The notes under the pieces were generated by a model. It was not told where the DNA came from and did not search any database. It saw only the letters and a program-made list of their open reading frames with translations. Below are positions 22,881 to 33,404 of a DNA stretch of 64,000 nt, one piece after another. Position numbers and translations under genes: made by a program. Source of the stretch: Epithemia pelagica (taxonomy: Eukaryota; Protista; Bacillariophyta); NCBI GenBank assembly GCA_946965045.2, contig OX337229.1, positions 3,968,001-4,032,000 of the forward strand. Reading direction: 5' to 3'. The stretch's first letter is position 1, and each line of letters begins with the position of its first letter.

Positions 22881-25800
22881 GAGGCAACCTGACGGTTTGG
22901 CGCATGAGTCACGCCATAAATTCTGAGTCACGACCATGTTGCCGGTTTTCAATTTTAAGCAGCGGAATCGACAGAGCTCGACGAGCTCTATCTTTCCATA
23001 GCCTTTGTTTTGGAAAAGATCAACGCCCGGTCGAGTTATTCAGGATTTTCTGGACTTCTGGATTCTGGCAAATATCTGTTCTACCTGACAATTTGGCACC
23101 GCGATAGCCCGTACTAATTTGGAGCAAAATGTTTATACGGGGCTATCACATGAGTTGACACGTAACTTCTCACAGCAACACTAATTAATGGATTTTCTTC
23201 CCTATTCATTGTCTTTCATGTCCTTCATGGCTTTCTCAATAGACAGGATCAAGTTATTCTTGTTCATACTACCGGTTCCCTTGGCATCGAAATAGTAGCG
23301 CAGAACCTCTTTCATTCGAGTTGCTGTCAAAGTCTTGAGGTGTTCGACGCCCTTCTTCACATCCTCCTCTAAGCCTGCGTATAACTCTTGTTTCTTCTCA
23401 TCTTCCTCCTGTTGCTTTTTCTCTTTGCGCTGTCTGGCTTCTTTGGCGAGCCTCTTCTTTTCCGACTCACGCCTCTTTTTCTCTTCCTCCTGTTCGGCAC
23501 CAATTTCAGACACGGCAGCAGCAAGCTTGTTGTGTTCTTTAATCATTTCAAGCTCCTTGTCTCCATTCAAGACACGAGCGTACAAAGATATGTTGCCGGT
23601 CAGAATGTCTTGACGGCGTTTGGCAACCTTCTTCAAAGCCCGTTCTCCAACTGTATCCACAAACAGGGCTCCGAGTGAGAGTTGTTCGTGGGTAGGATTG
23701 AGCATGCTGTCCTGCAATTCTGTCATCTCCACTTGAAGGTGCTTGCTAGGTTTCAACTTGCCCTTGGGACCAAACATAATGGCCGCGTGGTTGGTGATAT
23801 GCTTGAAGAAACGTTCTTGAACCATCTCATTGTGACGATGCTTCTTGTACATATCAAGCAGAGCTTTGGGCATCAGTTTCACTCCAGCATAGTCTTCCAC
23901 TTTTGTTTTCTTTAGGTCCACAATTGGCTCGGGATCCAGCATTAGGCTCGGATCTTCCTTCAAGAGAACATAGACGGCTCGGAGCCTCACGATCTCATCC
24001 AGCGGAACCCATTTGACAATCTCGAAAACGTTGTCCTTTGCCCAAGGCTCGTCTTTTTGGTGGAAGGCATCCAGTTTGAACTTGACTGCTTGGCGGTCTT
24101 CAATGGATAAGTTTGTCCAGACAGCCGGGAGAGCGTCATGCAAGGTTGTGCGGCCGACAAAGAACTTGTTGCCGCATGACAAGTGAGTGTCAATCTTGCG
24201 AAGCCAATCTTCAAATGATACACGAAAATCTGGATGAAGGTTGACACGCTTGAATGATTCGACCCACTTCTCAGGCTTCACCTGCTGCAGAGCTTCAACG
24301 CAGATTCGAATCAACAGTTCAGGCTTGATTATTCCTGGATAGTTGCTGCGAACAAGATCAAGAGACTCACGAATTGCAGCCTTGTCGGCCTTGGCTACAA
24401 ACTGATCGTATGCCTGGTTAACATGCGAACAGTCGCCCTCTTCCTTGACGATGAGAATCTTGTACTCTGCGAAGATTTCAAGTGCCTCAACAACAACAAT
24501 ATGACTCGAGAAACCGTCAAATGACATTCCGCACCACCAGTCAGGATGGTCTCGAATGTACGGCATTGCGCGGATGCCGCGGCATAACTCGGGAACGAGA
24601 CCAAGCCAACTCTCGTTTGTGAGATACGCAGATGGAGTATTGACAACATGACTCCCAACAGGTGCTCCATTCTTCTCCAGCTGCTGAGGAGATAGACACT
24701 TGTTTGTCACTTTCCCTTTTCCCTCCTTGAGGAAGATCCAAGGACCAGTGGATCCACCAGCGGAACCAATACGGATAACTGTCACCGACTTCTTCAGGTC
24801 GTCCACACGCTTCTCGTGCTTCTTCTTGAGGCTCGAACCAATCACACGAAGATTTCCTTCATTAGACATGATGCATGTCTCGTCTAAGTTCAAGACAAAA
24901 TGAGCAGAAAGAGGTTTGTATTCCTCATCTGGATTAAGACGCAACAGTTCCGAGAAAAGGTGATCAACAATTAGGTGCCAACGAAGTTGTTGTTCCGTAT
25001 TGATATTCGACCTCTTTGTGCTAGTCTTCTGGGCGGACACAACTCGTCCTCCTTTCTTGAGCTCGGGGAGTAGATTTTGACGAATCAAATAGTCGTAATG
25101 GTTCTCAGCAGATTGGTATGAAGCGTTTGTCAATTTGACAATGAGACCAATCACTTCCTTTCGCACTAAACCATCATTGCGCTCGTCACGTGCTTTCACA
25201 ATGTCCATAAGTTTTTCACGCTGAAGGGAAGACAATAGACCCCTCTCTTTCTTTTCAGCCTCTGGTTTTGGATTTGAGAACTGTTGTACTGCACGACGCA
25301 AGGTGCTTCCCGGAATAATTGCAAACTTGGTATCAGTCAGCTCCTCCCCTTGAATGACCAGCAAAGCAGCCTCCTTCAGTAGTGCCTTCTTTGCAGGGTC
25401 CTTCCAGTTGATGTAGTTGCATCGCTTCTCTTGGTCTTTCGCTTTATCTTCTGGCATCACTTGAGTTTGTGTCTTTGGCTCGGGTGCTGGCAAGGTGACC
25501 TGATTTTTCTTCGGGCGCCCAAGAGTGGGAGCATAGAACCAACCACGTATGTCACTTTTGCGCTTGAGCGCTTGGCGTTCCTCTCTGGTGATCCGCTTGA
25601 TGGATGCTGGCTTTGTCATTGTCGTTTCTTGCTTGACTACACCAAATCTGATCGAGACTGCGTGTGGGCATGTAGGTGAGATACCAATTTAATCTTTCCT
25701 TCATCTGTTTGGCGCCAAAAACACATTTTGAAGTGCCCAATCGACAGATCTCGTTCTGGGCTTTTGAATGACACCTCAAATTCCAAAATTGGTTAAGTAG

Positions 25801-25904
25801 AAGTTAAGTTATAAATTGTCAAAGTTTTCTACGGTGGCATCGCGGTGACCCCAGAATTCCGCCCACCAAATTTAGTCAGGCTGCCAAATTAGTCAGGTTG
25901 CTTC
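22881..25904 (-). mobile_element. pogo/Tc1-mariner-type DNA transposon (3024 bp) inserted in the RT of D
   Basis: TA TSD (22879-22880, 25905-25906); 13-bp TIR GAGGCAACCTGAC/GAAGCAACCTGAC with 1 mismatch; subterminal repeat AAATTAGTCAGG at 25868-25897. Confidence 0.93.
23202..25619 (-). CDS. pogo-like (DDE_1) transposase, DD36D, 805 aa
   Basis: LNLDETC, MSFDGFSSH, SHVNQAYDQ; 36 residues between the second and third Asp (hand count); uninterrupted ORF. Confidence 0.88.
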   Translation of the reverse strand: MTKPASIKRITREERQALKRKSDIRGWFYAPTLGRPKKNQVTLPAPEPKTQTQVMPEDKAKDQEKRCNYINWKDPAKKALLKEAALLVIQGEELTDTKFAIIPGSTLRRAVQQFSNPKPEAEKKERGLLSSLQREKLMDIVKARDERNDGLVRKEVIGLIVKLTNASYQSAENHYDYLIRQNLLPELKKGGRVVSAQKTSTKRSNINTEQQLRWHLIVDHLFSELLRLNPDEEYKPLSAHFVLNLDETCIMSNEGNLRVIGSSLKKKHEKRVDDLKKSVTVIRIGSAGGSTGPWIFLKEGKGKVTNKCLSPQQLEKNGAPVGSHVVNTPSAYLTNESWLGLVPELCRGIRAMPYIRDHPDWWCGMSFDGFSSHIVVVEALEIFAEYKILIVKEEGDCSHVNQAYDQFVAKADKAAIRESLDLVRSNYPGIIKPELLIRICVEALQQVKPEKWVESFKRVNLHPDFRVSFEDWLRKIDTHLSCGNKFFVGRTTLHDALPAVWTNLSIEDRQAVKFKLDAFHQKDEPWAKDNVFEIVKWVPLDEIVRLRAVYVLLKEDPSLMLDPEPIVDLKKTKVEDYAGVKLMPKALLDMYKKHRHNEMVQERFFKHITNHAAIMFGPKGKLKPSKHLQVEMTELQDSMLNPTHEQLSLGALFVDTVGERALKKVAKRRQDILTGNISLYARVLNGDKELEMIKEHNKLAAAVSEIGAEQEEEKKRRESEKKRLAKEARQRKEKKQQEEDEKKQELYAGLEEDVKKGVEHLKTLTATRMKEVLRYYFDAKGTGSMNKNNLILSIEKAMKDMKDNE

Positions 25905-26456
25905 TAGTTTTAATAATCTTCGCAATAAGTCCTTTCTGGGTCATGGTAATAGATTTATTCTCATGACGGATAAAGTTTATTCCGAGGTAGTCAGTTAGAT
26001 TTCCTTCTTTCTTGAGAGATAACCCTTTTTCTTGTAGTCGTTTGATTAGATCGTCTATTAGTTCCATTTTAGGAGCACAGACACCACAGTCGTCTACCCA
26101 CAGAAAAATGATGATGTTGTCTTTGTAAAGCAAACACTCGTCATGAGCACTAAGGGTGAATCTGTCTTCCTTTAAAGCCTCTACTAGGTGGGTATACCAT
26201 AACCTTGGAGCTGAAGACAGGCCATATAGACTCTTGATGAGTCGCAGGCAGGTCTCTCCAGGTTTACCAGACCTAAATCCTCTAGGTAAATGAATCCATA
26301 CAGGTTCATCCAACGTAGCTTGTACAAATGCATTGTTAAAATCAATGCAGGCAAGCTCCCATCCTAGGATTAAGCTGATAGTGAGGACAATACGGATTGA
26401 GCTCCAGTGAACAACTGGGCTGTAGTTTTCTTGTTCCGTTTCCTGTAAGTCTCCTC

Positions 26457-29400
26457 TCACACAATATCTGGCTTTGTGTTTGAGGATCTCACCATCGGGA
26501 GTTCTCTTTCGTTTAAATACCCAAGTTCCTGGTAGAATCCGCTTTTTGCCTGAGATTTTGGGACCTCTTCCCATGTTCCTTTACCTTCGAGTTCCATAAT
26601 TTCTTTGTGTGCTGCAACTTTCCATTTTTCAATGTCAGCATCTCGCATGGCTTCGTCATAAGAAAGCGTATCTGGATCAGAGAGAGATGCTTTCATGACG
26701 GTCAGGAGGTCGCTATGATCTACAGATGGAGGAGCAGTAGGATGAACGGTAGCCACATTTATTTCTTCTACAAGACGAGTGGGCCGTTTAACAGTCCGAC
26801 CGGAGCGACGAGTGGTGATGGTTGGTGCGAGAGGGGGAGTGGAACCGGAAGTGGGTTGAGTGGATATGCGAGGACGGGACTCCCTCTGAGGCCGAATCTC
26901 CCTCTGAGGAGATGGGCCAGGGGAAGGAGTAGTGTTGGGAGAAGGAGAAGGCAAAAGAGGGGTTGTCGAAGGCAAGGTTTCAGCGACCTGGTCAGTTTTC
27001 TCCCTCTGAGGAAGGGGTGTATTGGAAAAGGACATCCGCTTAGGGGATGGTTGATACACCGGTTCCTCATTGGGAGCTGAAATCAATACGGGTCTGTTGC
27101 TTGGTGTCGAACTGGGTGCTGGTGCGCCAATGGGAGAAGCACGGGGATTAGTTAAAGGAAACGTGCCAGGAGTGGAACTGGGTTGGGAAGGCGATGGAAG
27201 CACGGCAAAAGGACAATGAGTCCCAATTGCATGTGCGACATCGGATTCTCTTTGTGTATAGGACTGTTGTGCGGCCTCATCTGTAGTAGTAGGCGCTTCA
27301 ATATTTGGAGCATCGTCGTTGTCGAGATCTATATATTGATAGGAGGAGTCTCCGAACAGTTTATACCACGTGTCAGTGAAGAAGTCGGGCAATTGTTCAT
27401 AAGTCATAGCAATTGTACTGAACCAATCGTCAAAAACTACATGGAATTGTGGTGTTATGTAGCCGGTGTCAGGGTTAAGTACCAGAGGGACCGAACTAGC
27501 ATGGCGGTTACTTAACCCCATGAGTTGGCAACGTGTAGACCTAGGCTTCCAACGAGGTAGTTTCTTCCCGTCGGCAATGGATTTCTGTAGGACATAGACT
27601 GGGCAGCCCCACACGTGTAGGTCGTGGAACTTTCGTTGTTCCCAACGGACACGTGTAAATAAGTCGTGGGGGCTAATCCCTGTGTCAGTACGGGGCACAT
27701 GATTATGTAGGTACACTGCATGTGATACTGCCATGGGCCATAGCATAGGGTCAGCTAATTCTGGCCAGTGTATTGCAGCATGGAGCATCATTGTACGAGC
27801 AATAGACATAATAGTTTGTATTGCCCGTTCGGCAATGCCAGCATGGTGATGTGCCCCAACTCCGGCAAATCTGGAAATTTGAGCGAATGTTTGGAGTGAT
27901 TGGGTGTAATCCTTAGAGGTAAAGGCTGCTCCATTGTCCGTTAGGTATTGAAGCGGTACTACCCCTATTTCTCTACAGAAAAGCTCGAAGGATTCCTTAA
28001 CACTCAGCGTTTCATGTGTATTTAGGTGGGATTGAAATCCTATCCACGTGTATCCCGAAGCGTGGTCTACAAAGATTGCTCCACCTGTATGAAGATCGTT
28101 GATTTTTGATTTCCCCTTTGAGTCAAAGCGTCTCCCCTTTGTAGAACACACAAAATGATCTACTGAGATGCATTGACCTGGATGCAGGTTACCGTCTTTG
28201 GTAACCCCTTGTTTGTCTTTGACGATGATCGTTTTCGTCCCTGGTTCGGTTCGTCTGCGTTGTTTCCCAAATTGACATGCTGCGCACAAGGGTAAGTCGG
28301 TGAGTGTGGATGCGAGAGTGTGTAAACGACGCGTTTTCTCTGTTGTTGCCAAAACGCCTGTTCGCATGAGAAACTGTACCTTGAGAAGATTCATGTGTCC
28401 GAGTCGGTAATGCCATTTGAGAAGTTCCTTCTGTGCTGGTGAGAGGTTTGCGTTTTGGTGTGCGACTTCATTCACAGTACTGTTGAAAGCGAGTGATGTT
28501 GTTTGTAAGTGGTCTGAATTGTATCCGTAGGACATTGGAAGATTGTTCTTCGGATTTACCATCACATTTACCTCTCGGCGATCAGGGTCGCCTGGAATTC
28601 CAGTCGAGGTAAGTGTATAACCGTCCTGAATGATTTTCTCTCCATGGTACTGCTGAAGAAGATTTTGCGTTGACAACAATCTCACAGAAATTTTTGGTAC
28701 ATGGAATGCAGGAAGTTTCAACATTCGTGGAGCGCCATTCGTGTCCAAAACCGTCCAAAGGACAGTTCCTCGTCCAACAGCCTTCATTTTATTGGCAATA
28801 CCTTTTACTTTCAGATCAGGGAAGGGCTTGATCTTTCCAATGAAGTCCTTGGCGTCGTTGGTAATGGAGATACTCGCTCCGGAGTCCCAGATGATTGGGT
28901 ACGAGGCTCCTTTTGGCATGGATTCACGAAGAGTCTTTGGATCTTGGAGTGTTGCTCGAAGAGCCTGTAGGGTGATGTTCTCCCACGGGTGGTGTGTGAT
29001 GGAGTCAAGGTCGAGATCGTTGATGGAGGCCATCATTGCCATCATGTTGTTTGGATTGAGGGAGGCTCGGTGATGATGAAATCGTGGTACAGGCCGTGTG
29101 GAGCATGGTACGTTTTGGCAATAATAGGGAGTGTTGCTCCTGTTTTCGGTGTTCGATCTCTGACGGTTGTATCCTGCCAGATGTTGATGGGGATTTCCAG
29201 CAGAGATGGGGTGCTGGAAGCGACGAGCGCGAGAACGCAACAAACTTGTCTTTGTCGGCATTCGTCGGCTGGTCGGTAGTGTGGAGTCATTATGCTCGGA
29301 AGGTGTGTTAGCGAATGGCCCGCGGCTTCGCTTGTGCCTTCGAGGTGAACTCGAGTTGACCTTGAATGAAGTGTTCCGCCGTTTTCTCCCTCGCTTCGCG

Positions 29401-32400
29401 GGTATAATGGTTCGTAAGCTCGTAAGGCCAGCCTGACATAACGATGCCGACCATTCCAACAATCTACAACCAAACACAACAATCAACCGAATCGGTGTGG
29501 AGAACAAGGAGAAGAAGAAGGACCTTGTAGGGGAGTTGTGGTTGGTGGCAAAGTGGGTTCGGCGGTTGTTTAGCTGGGCACGAAAGGCATTGACCGAGAC
29601 GGCGGTCCTTTGGGTGTTATTGGGGCGATTTGGTCCCTTGGCTTTGTTAGAGCTCTTGGATTTGGGACTGGATGAGAGGCTGAAACTGAGAAAGATGGCC
29701 ACCCAACAAGAAATCCATGTAACGATACCAGGCATGCAGCCAGGATGCAGCAAGAAGGAAACAGAAATTTCCTTGAATCCGCAGTAAGCTTCATAGACAC
29801 CATAGTAGAGATGTACCGCGGCACTGTACAGGTGTCCTAGCCCATTTGTAAAGGCGTCCTTAGATTCCTCGGTAGTGGTTGGAGCTGGGATCAGCCAGAG
29901 GATGATCGGTAACAAGACAACAAAATGTAGAAGGGCGACCAAGAAAAGATGCTGAAGAGAGAAAGTTTCGTCTGAAAGCTCCTCGACTGGCGTGCGCGCC
30001 GGTCGTCGTGGGGTACGCACGTGTCCAAAGGTGAAAGGTGCATAGTAGACTTCTACGCATTTTCCTACCATTGAGCCTCCTACTGTCTCGTCCACAGTAC
30101 AGTTGGATCCGTCCGAAGTGTCTTGGGGGTCAGTGTCTCCTTCATTTTGTTGAGAAGTGGCAGGTTGTGAAGCCTCATCTTCATCATCGTCGAAATCGAC
30201 ACAAGCGAGATGGGCAAAATACTTGGTGACTGCCACTGTCTTGTTCGAGTCGTCATCATCATCCGTCTTGTTTTCGGGTTTCGAGGGAACATATCGTTCG
30301 CCTAGCGTGCTGGTTGGAACGAAAGAGGAGGAGGAGTTGCTTGTTGAGTCATCTGTCATCGTGCTCTTGTTCTCACGGAATGTTGTGAGTTTTGTTGCAG
30401 GAGTGAACTGCATCGCTGATCCAGAGCTGGAGGTGTCCATCGGTTGAAAACAAGGAACCATCGGGCCTGGTGGAATGGGCGACATTCCAGGAAAGCAAGA
30501 TGCTGGTCGAGGGTGATTCGGAATGGGCATTCCATCAACGAAGTATCCCATTGCCCATTCCTCTTCTTTGACACGTTGGTATGCCTCAGCCACGGTAAGT
30601 CTCGGCTCTCGCCAAGCGTTTGCGAACACGGTTTTGGCTGCTCTCTTGTACCTCATCCCATCTCTTTTTGCTTGCTCTGCTTCGAGAATGATATGCTGCA
30701 TTGCATATTTTGTCGATGCAGGGATGCTCAGCCGTCGTCTTGGAGGAGGAGGCGGCGGAGTCGGATCGTTCGGAGAAAAGGGCAAGGGAGCATTTGGCCG
30801 TGGTGGCAGAGGTCGTGCCTGATGGATTGGAGAGATGGCTGGTAGTTTCTTTTCCAGACTCGCCAATTGTCCAGCTTGGAGATGCTTGATTGCATCGGTC
30901 GATGTGTCCGTGCTTGTTTCCGGAGTTTTGTAAGTGAGATCTGTCTCTTCACTTTCCATTTCGTCGTAGTTCTCATTGATTGCTGCTGCTGCTGTGATTT
31001 CTTTGTCGTACATGTCCTCGAGAAATCGTTGGGTTGCAGCGTCATTCAATGGATCGAGCGGATCGTCATCATGGTTGTTTGTCATCGTGAGATCCATGTC
31101 ATTCCATTGATCGAAGTATGTTGGTCCGTTGTTCTTGGATGGCTCGACGACTGGAAAGGTAGGCTCAAACGTTCCAATGGTACTGGTTCCTGATGAGTCT
31201 TCCATATCACTCTCACTGAACTGTTTTTCTTTAATGTTGGCTGAAGTGACACGATCCGGTGTAACAGCTTGGTGAGTGGTGTTGGAGAAGAGCGAGCTTG
31301 AATCTTCATTGGACTTGGTTTCTTCATACCTTTCTTCTTTGCTTTCTTCGTCTTCTTCAAAGGAGGCCATGAAGGCACAAAGTTCGTATTCCTCATCAGG
31401 TGAGTCGTCACAGTGATTGTAATTGTCGTCCTCTGAGTTGTCTTCACAGAACTCATATTCTTCCTTGTCCATTTCTCTGACAATGTCCCTGTCCCAGTAG
31501 CGAGAATGGAGGTCGAGTTCTGCTTTCCAGGCCGTTGCGTCAAACTCAAGAACATGAGCGGATGCTTTATGTTTCTGTTGGTTCTTGTTGTTCTTGGCCA
31601 TGGATTTGAATCCGACAATATGCTCGCTAGTACGATGCGTGGTGTTCCAGATCTTGCAAGTGCCGCACCAGAAATATGTTTGGCCGTCTTTGGTACGTTC
31701 ATCCGGCTGGCCGTCTGCAGGGGGAACACGTTTCCATTGGTGAGTAGAATCGTTTTTGGGTGTGGAAGAAGGCTTGTCCGTTTTGCCTTTGAACTTGTTG
31801 TTGCTCTTGCTCTTCCCCTTCTCACGAAAACTGTTCTTGCTCTTACCATACGTTTGCATCTGAGGGATAAGGGCATTGGCTTGGTAGCCGATACGGGTCT
31901 TGCCACGGCGATTGTTTGTCACTGTCAGGTTCCCGCCATAAGAAACAGGTAAGGCCTTGCTGTCCTTGTGGGAGCTTTTGGCACTCCATTCGCCTTGCTT
32001 GACACTAACAAGGTACCGGTTGTTGGCGATCTCGGAGACGTGCGTGTACAGGAGATTGTTGGTGCTCATGTAGGAGTCAGCGACGGAGCGATCAAGAAAA
32101 CGGATGTGTTCTACGGCGTCTTTGACTTTCTTGTTGAGAATCAAGAGGTCAAATTTTGGAGTTTCGGGCCATTCAGCGGTGAGGATGTTCTTGAGGAGAT
32201 TCGCGGTGAGGGTGTGGTCATAAAGACCAGCAGCCGAAAGAGGACGTGCCTTGTTCGCGAAATCAGTGGTAAGTGCGGTAATGTCGTGTCCTGAGTACTG
32301 TTGTGGTACCAGACTGCGCATCTCACCCTTTACCAACTCCCAATGTTCGATGGAGTCGTCCGTAATGATGCGGACGATTACCATAAAGAGGACGGGAAAC

Positions 32401-33185
32401 GAGTTCGCAGAGCGGGATTGGTCCTCTACTTCGCGACAAAAGGTTTTCTCGAGAGAATCGAGTAAGTAGTCCTGAGCCGCTGCGTCATTGTTCTGATCGT
32501 ACTTATCGTATTTTTGGATCTGCACTGCCATCAGGTCCTGGACGCGCTCGTTGGTGAAACGAGGATGCTCCGTGATGATGTTGATCATCGATGTGGAGTT
32601 CTTGGGGTCAGGTAAGTACACAATCGTGTCCATCCCATGTTTGACAAAGTGCCGATTGATCTCATCCTGCAATCGCGAGAAATCGCCTTTCTTCTTGTCA
32701 AACTTGTCAATAGGTCCAGTTACGCGGTCGATGTACCGCTTGTCTGTTAAGGTACGTAACTGGAGACTCCTGAGAGGTTCCGTCTTGGCTGAGTCATCTA
32801 ACTTGGACCAGTCATGTTTCGGTTTTCCTCCAGTCCAAACGACGTACTCGTCACGTCGGGACTGCACCAGTCCGCCCATGATGGGCTTGTCTGGCATGAA
32901 AACGTCCGTGTTTTCTTGTGGATCGTCGTTTGCTGCCATGATTCGTTGCTGTCTCCTCCTGGATCTCGATACACCAATCAACGGTCTTGTCCGATCTGTT
33001 TCTGATGTGGCAGTTCGCGTTGGGTCGGTCTCAGGTGGAACAATTTGCAATGGTCGAGTGGTCTCTTGCTGGGATTCGCGTTGGGCGTTTGGATCGGCAG
33101 TTGGATCACTGTTCGGTGCTTCTAGAGGGTCGACGGTCTCTTGCTGGGGATCTGGATTGGAGTTGGTATCACTGTCCGAATTCAA
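26457..33185 (-). CDS. Gag-(large insert)-protease-integrase polyprotein of D; 1-nt frameshift into RT near 26545
   Basis: Zn knuckle WCGTCKIWNTTH..H, protease IIWDSGAS, WHYRLGH..CAAC, SVDHF/YLTDNG/AERAIQ. First ATG at 32939. Confidence 0.88.
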   Translation of the reverse strand: MNSDSDTNSNPDPQQETVDPLEAPNSDPTADPNAQRESQQETTRPLQIVPPETDPTRTATSETDRTRPLIGVSRSRRRQQRIMAANDDPQENTDVFMPDKPIMGGLVQSRRDEYVVWTGGKPKHDWSKLDDSAKTEPLRSLQLRTLTDKRYIDRVTGPIDKFDKKKGDFSRLQDEINRHFVKHGMDTIVYLPDPKNSTSMINIITEHPRFTNERVQDLMAVQIQKYDKYDQNNDAAAQDYLLDSLEKTFCREVEDQSRSANSFPVLFMVIVRIITDDSIEHWELVKGEMRSLVPQQYSGHDITALTTDFANKARPLSAAGLYDHTLTANLLKNILTAEWPETPKFDLLILNKKVKDAVEHIRFLDRSVADSYMSTNNLLYTHVSEIANNRYLVSVKQGEWSAKSSHKDSKALPVSYGGNLTVTNNRRGKTRIGYQANALIPQMQTYGKSKNSFREKGKSKSNNKFKGKTDKPSSTPKNDSTHQWKRVPPADGQPDERTKDGQTYFWCGTCKIWNTTHRTSEHIVGFKSMAKNNKNQQKHKASAHVLEFDATAWKAELDLHSRYWDRDIVREMDKEEYEFCEDNSEDDNYNHCDDSPDEEYELCAFMASFEEDEESKEERYEETKSNEDSSSLFSNTTHQAVTPDRVTSANIKEKQFSESDMEDSSGTSTIGTFEPTFPVVEPSKNNGPTYFDQWNDMDLTMTNNHDDDPLDPLNDAATQRFLEDMYDKEITAAAAINENYDEMESEETDLTYKTPETSTDTSTDAIKHLQAGQLASLEKKLPAISPIHQARPLPPRPNAPLPFSPNDPTPPPPPPRRRLSIPASTKYAMQHIILEAEQAKRDGMRYKRAAKTVFANAWREPRLTVAEAYQRVKEEEWAMGYFVDGMPIPNHPRPASCFPGMSPIPPGPMVPCFQPMDTSSSGSAMQFTPATKLTTFRENKSTMTDDSTSNSSSSFVPTSTLGERYVPSKPENKTDDDDDSNKTVAVTKYFAHLACVDFDDDEDEASQPATSQQNEGDTDPQDTSDGSNCTVDETVGGSMVGKCVEVYYAPFTFGHVRTPRRPARTPVEELSDETFSLQHLFLVALLHFVVLLPIILWLIPAPTTTEESKDAFTNGLGHLYSAAVHLYYGVYEAYCGFKEISVSFLLHPGCMPGIVTWISCWVAIFLSFSLSSSPKSKSSNKAKGPNRPNNTQRTAVSVNAFRAQLNNRRTHFATNHNSPTRSFFFSLFSTPIRLIVVFGCRLLEWSASLCQAGLTSLRTIIPAKRGRKRRNTSFKVNSSSPRRHKRSRGPFANTPSEHNDSTLPTSRRMPTKTSLLRSRARRFQHPISAGNPHQHLAGYNRQRSNTENRSNTPYYCQNVPCSTRPVPRFHHHRASLNPNNMMAMMASINDLDLDSITHHPWENITLQALRATLQDPKTLRESMPKGASYPIIWDSGASISITNDAKDFIGKIKPFPDLKVKGIANKMKAVGRGTVLWTVLDTNGAPRMLKLPAFHVPKISVRLLSTQNLLQQYHGEKIIQDGYTLTSTGIPGDPDRREVNVMVNPKNNLPMSYGYNSDHLQTTSLAFNSTVNEVAHQNANLSPAQKELLKWHYRLGHMNLLKVQFLMRTGVLATTEKTRRLHTLASTLTDLPLCAACQFGKQRRRTEPGTKTIIVKDKQGVTKDGNLHPGQCISVDHFVCSTKGRRFDSKGKSKINDLHTGGAIFVDHASGYTWIGFQSHLNTHETLSVKESFELFCREIGVVPLQYLTDNGAAFTSKDYTQSLQTFAQISRFAGVGAHHHAGIAERAIQTIMSIARTMMLHAAIHWPELADPMLWPMAVSHAVYLHNHVPRTDTGISPHDLFTRVRWEQRKFHDLHVWGCPVYVLQKSIADGKKLPRWKPRSTRCQLMGLSNRHASSVPLVLNPDTGYITPQFHVVFDDWFSTIAMTYEQLPDFFTDTWYKLFGDSSYQYIDLDNDDAPNIEAPTTTDEAAQQSYTQRESDVAHAIGTHCPFAVLPSPSQPSSTPGTFPLTNPRASPIGAPAPSSTPSNRPVLISAPNEEPVYQPSPKRMSFSNTPLPQREKTDQVAETLPSTTPLLPSPSPNTTPSPGPSPQREIRPQRESRPRISTQPTSGSTPPLAPTITTRRSGRTVKRPTRLVEEINVATVHPTAPPSVDHSDLLTVMKASLSDPDTLSYDEAMRDADIEKWKVAAHKEIMELEGKGTWEEVPKSQAKSGFYQELGYLNERELPMVRSSNTKPDIV

Positions 33186-33404
33186 CCAGTCGAAGCTTCC
33201 AAGTCCACTTGAGGTCGGGGAGATGTCGTCCGCCGTTGTGGATTCTTGGTTGGGGCCTTGATTGGCTCCAGTAGTATTTGCGCGCTTTGGATGCTTGGTA
33301 GGGACGACTCAGTGGTAGTCCTCCAAGGTAGTTAACTTCTTGATAAATCGATCGATAGAGAGAATAGCGTATGGTTTATCAGCCTTGATTTGGGCTCAGC
33401 AACC

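Larger units (their letters stand above)
22076..26574 (-). pseudogene. RT-RNase H of element D, split by the pogo insertion
   Basis: KARYCVRG, IDFNNAF, LWVDDC, YVDADFAG, ALSTLQAEY. The frame rejoins KIIKT|TGLEDC after removing 22881-25906. Confidence 0.9.

Noticed and set aside
26530-26560. Programmed frameshift between integrase and RT in element D
   Set aside because: GCAAAAAG is one A short of in-frame QAKKRILPG and is not a canonical slippery heptamer; a homopolymer deletion or sequencing error is simpler.
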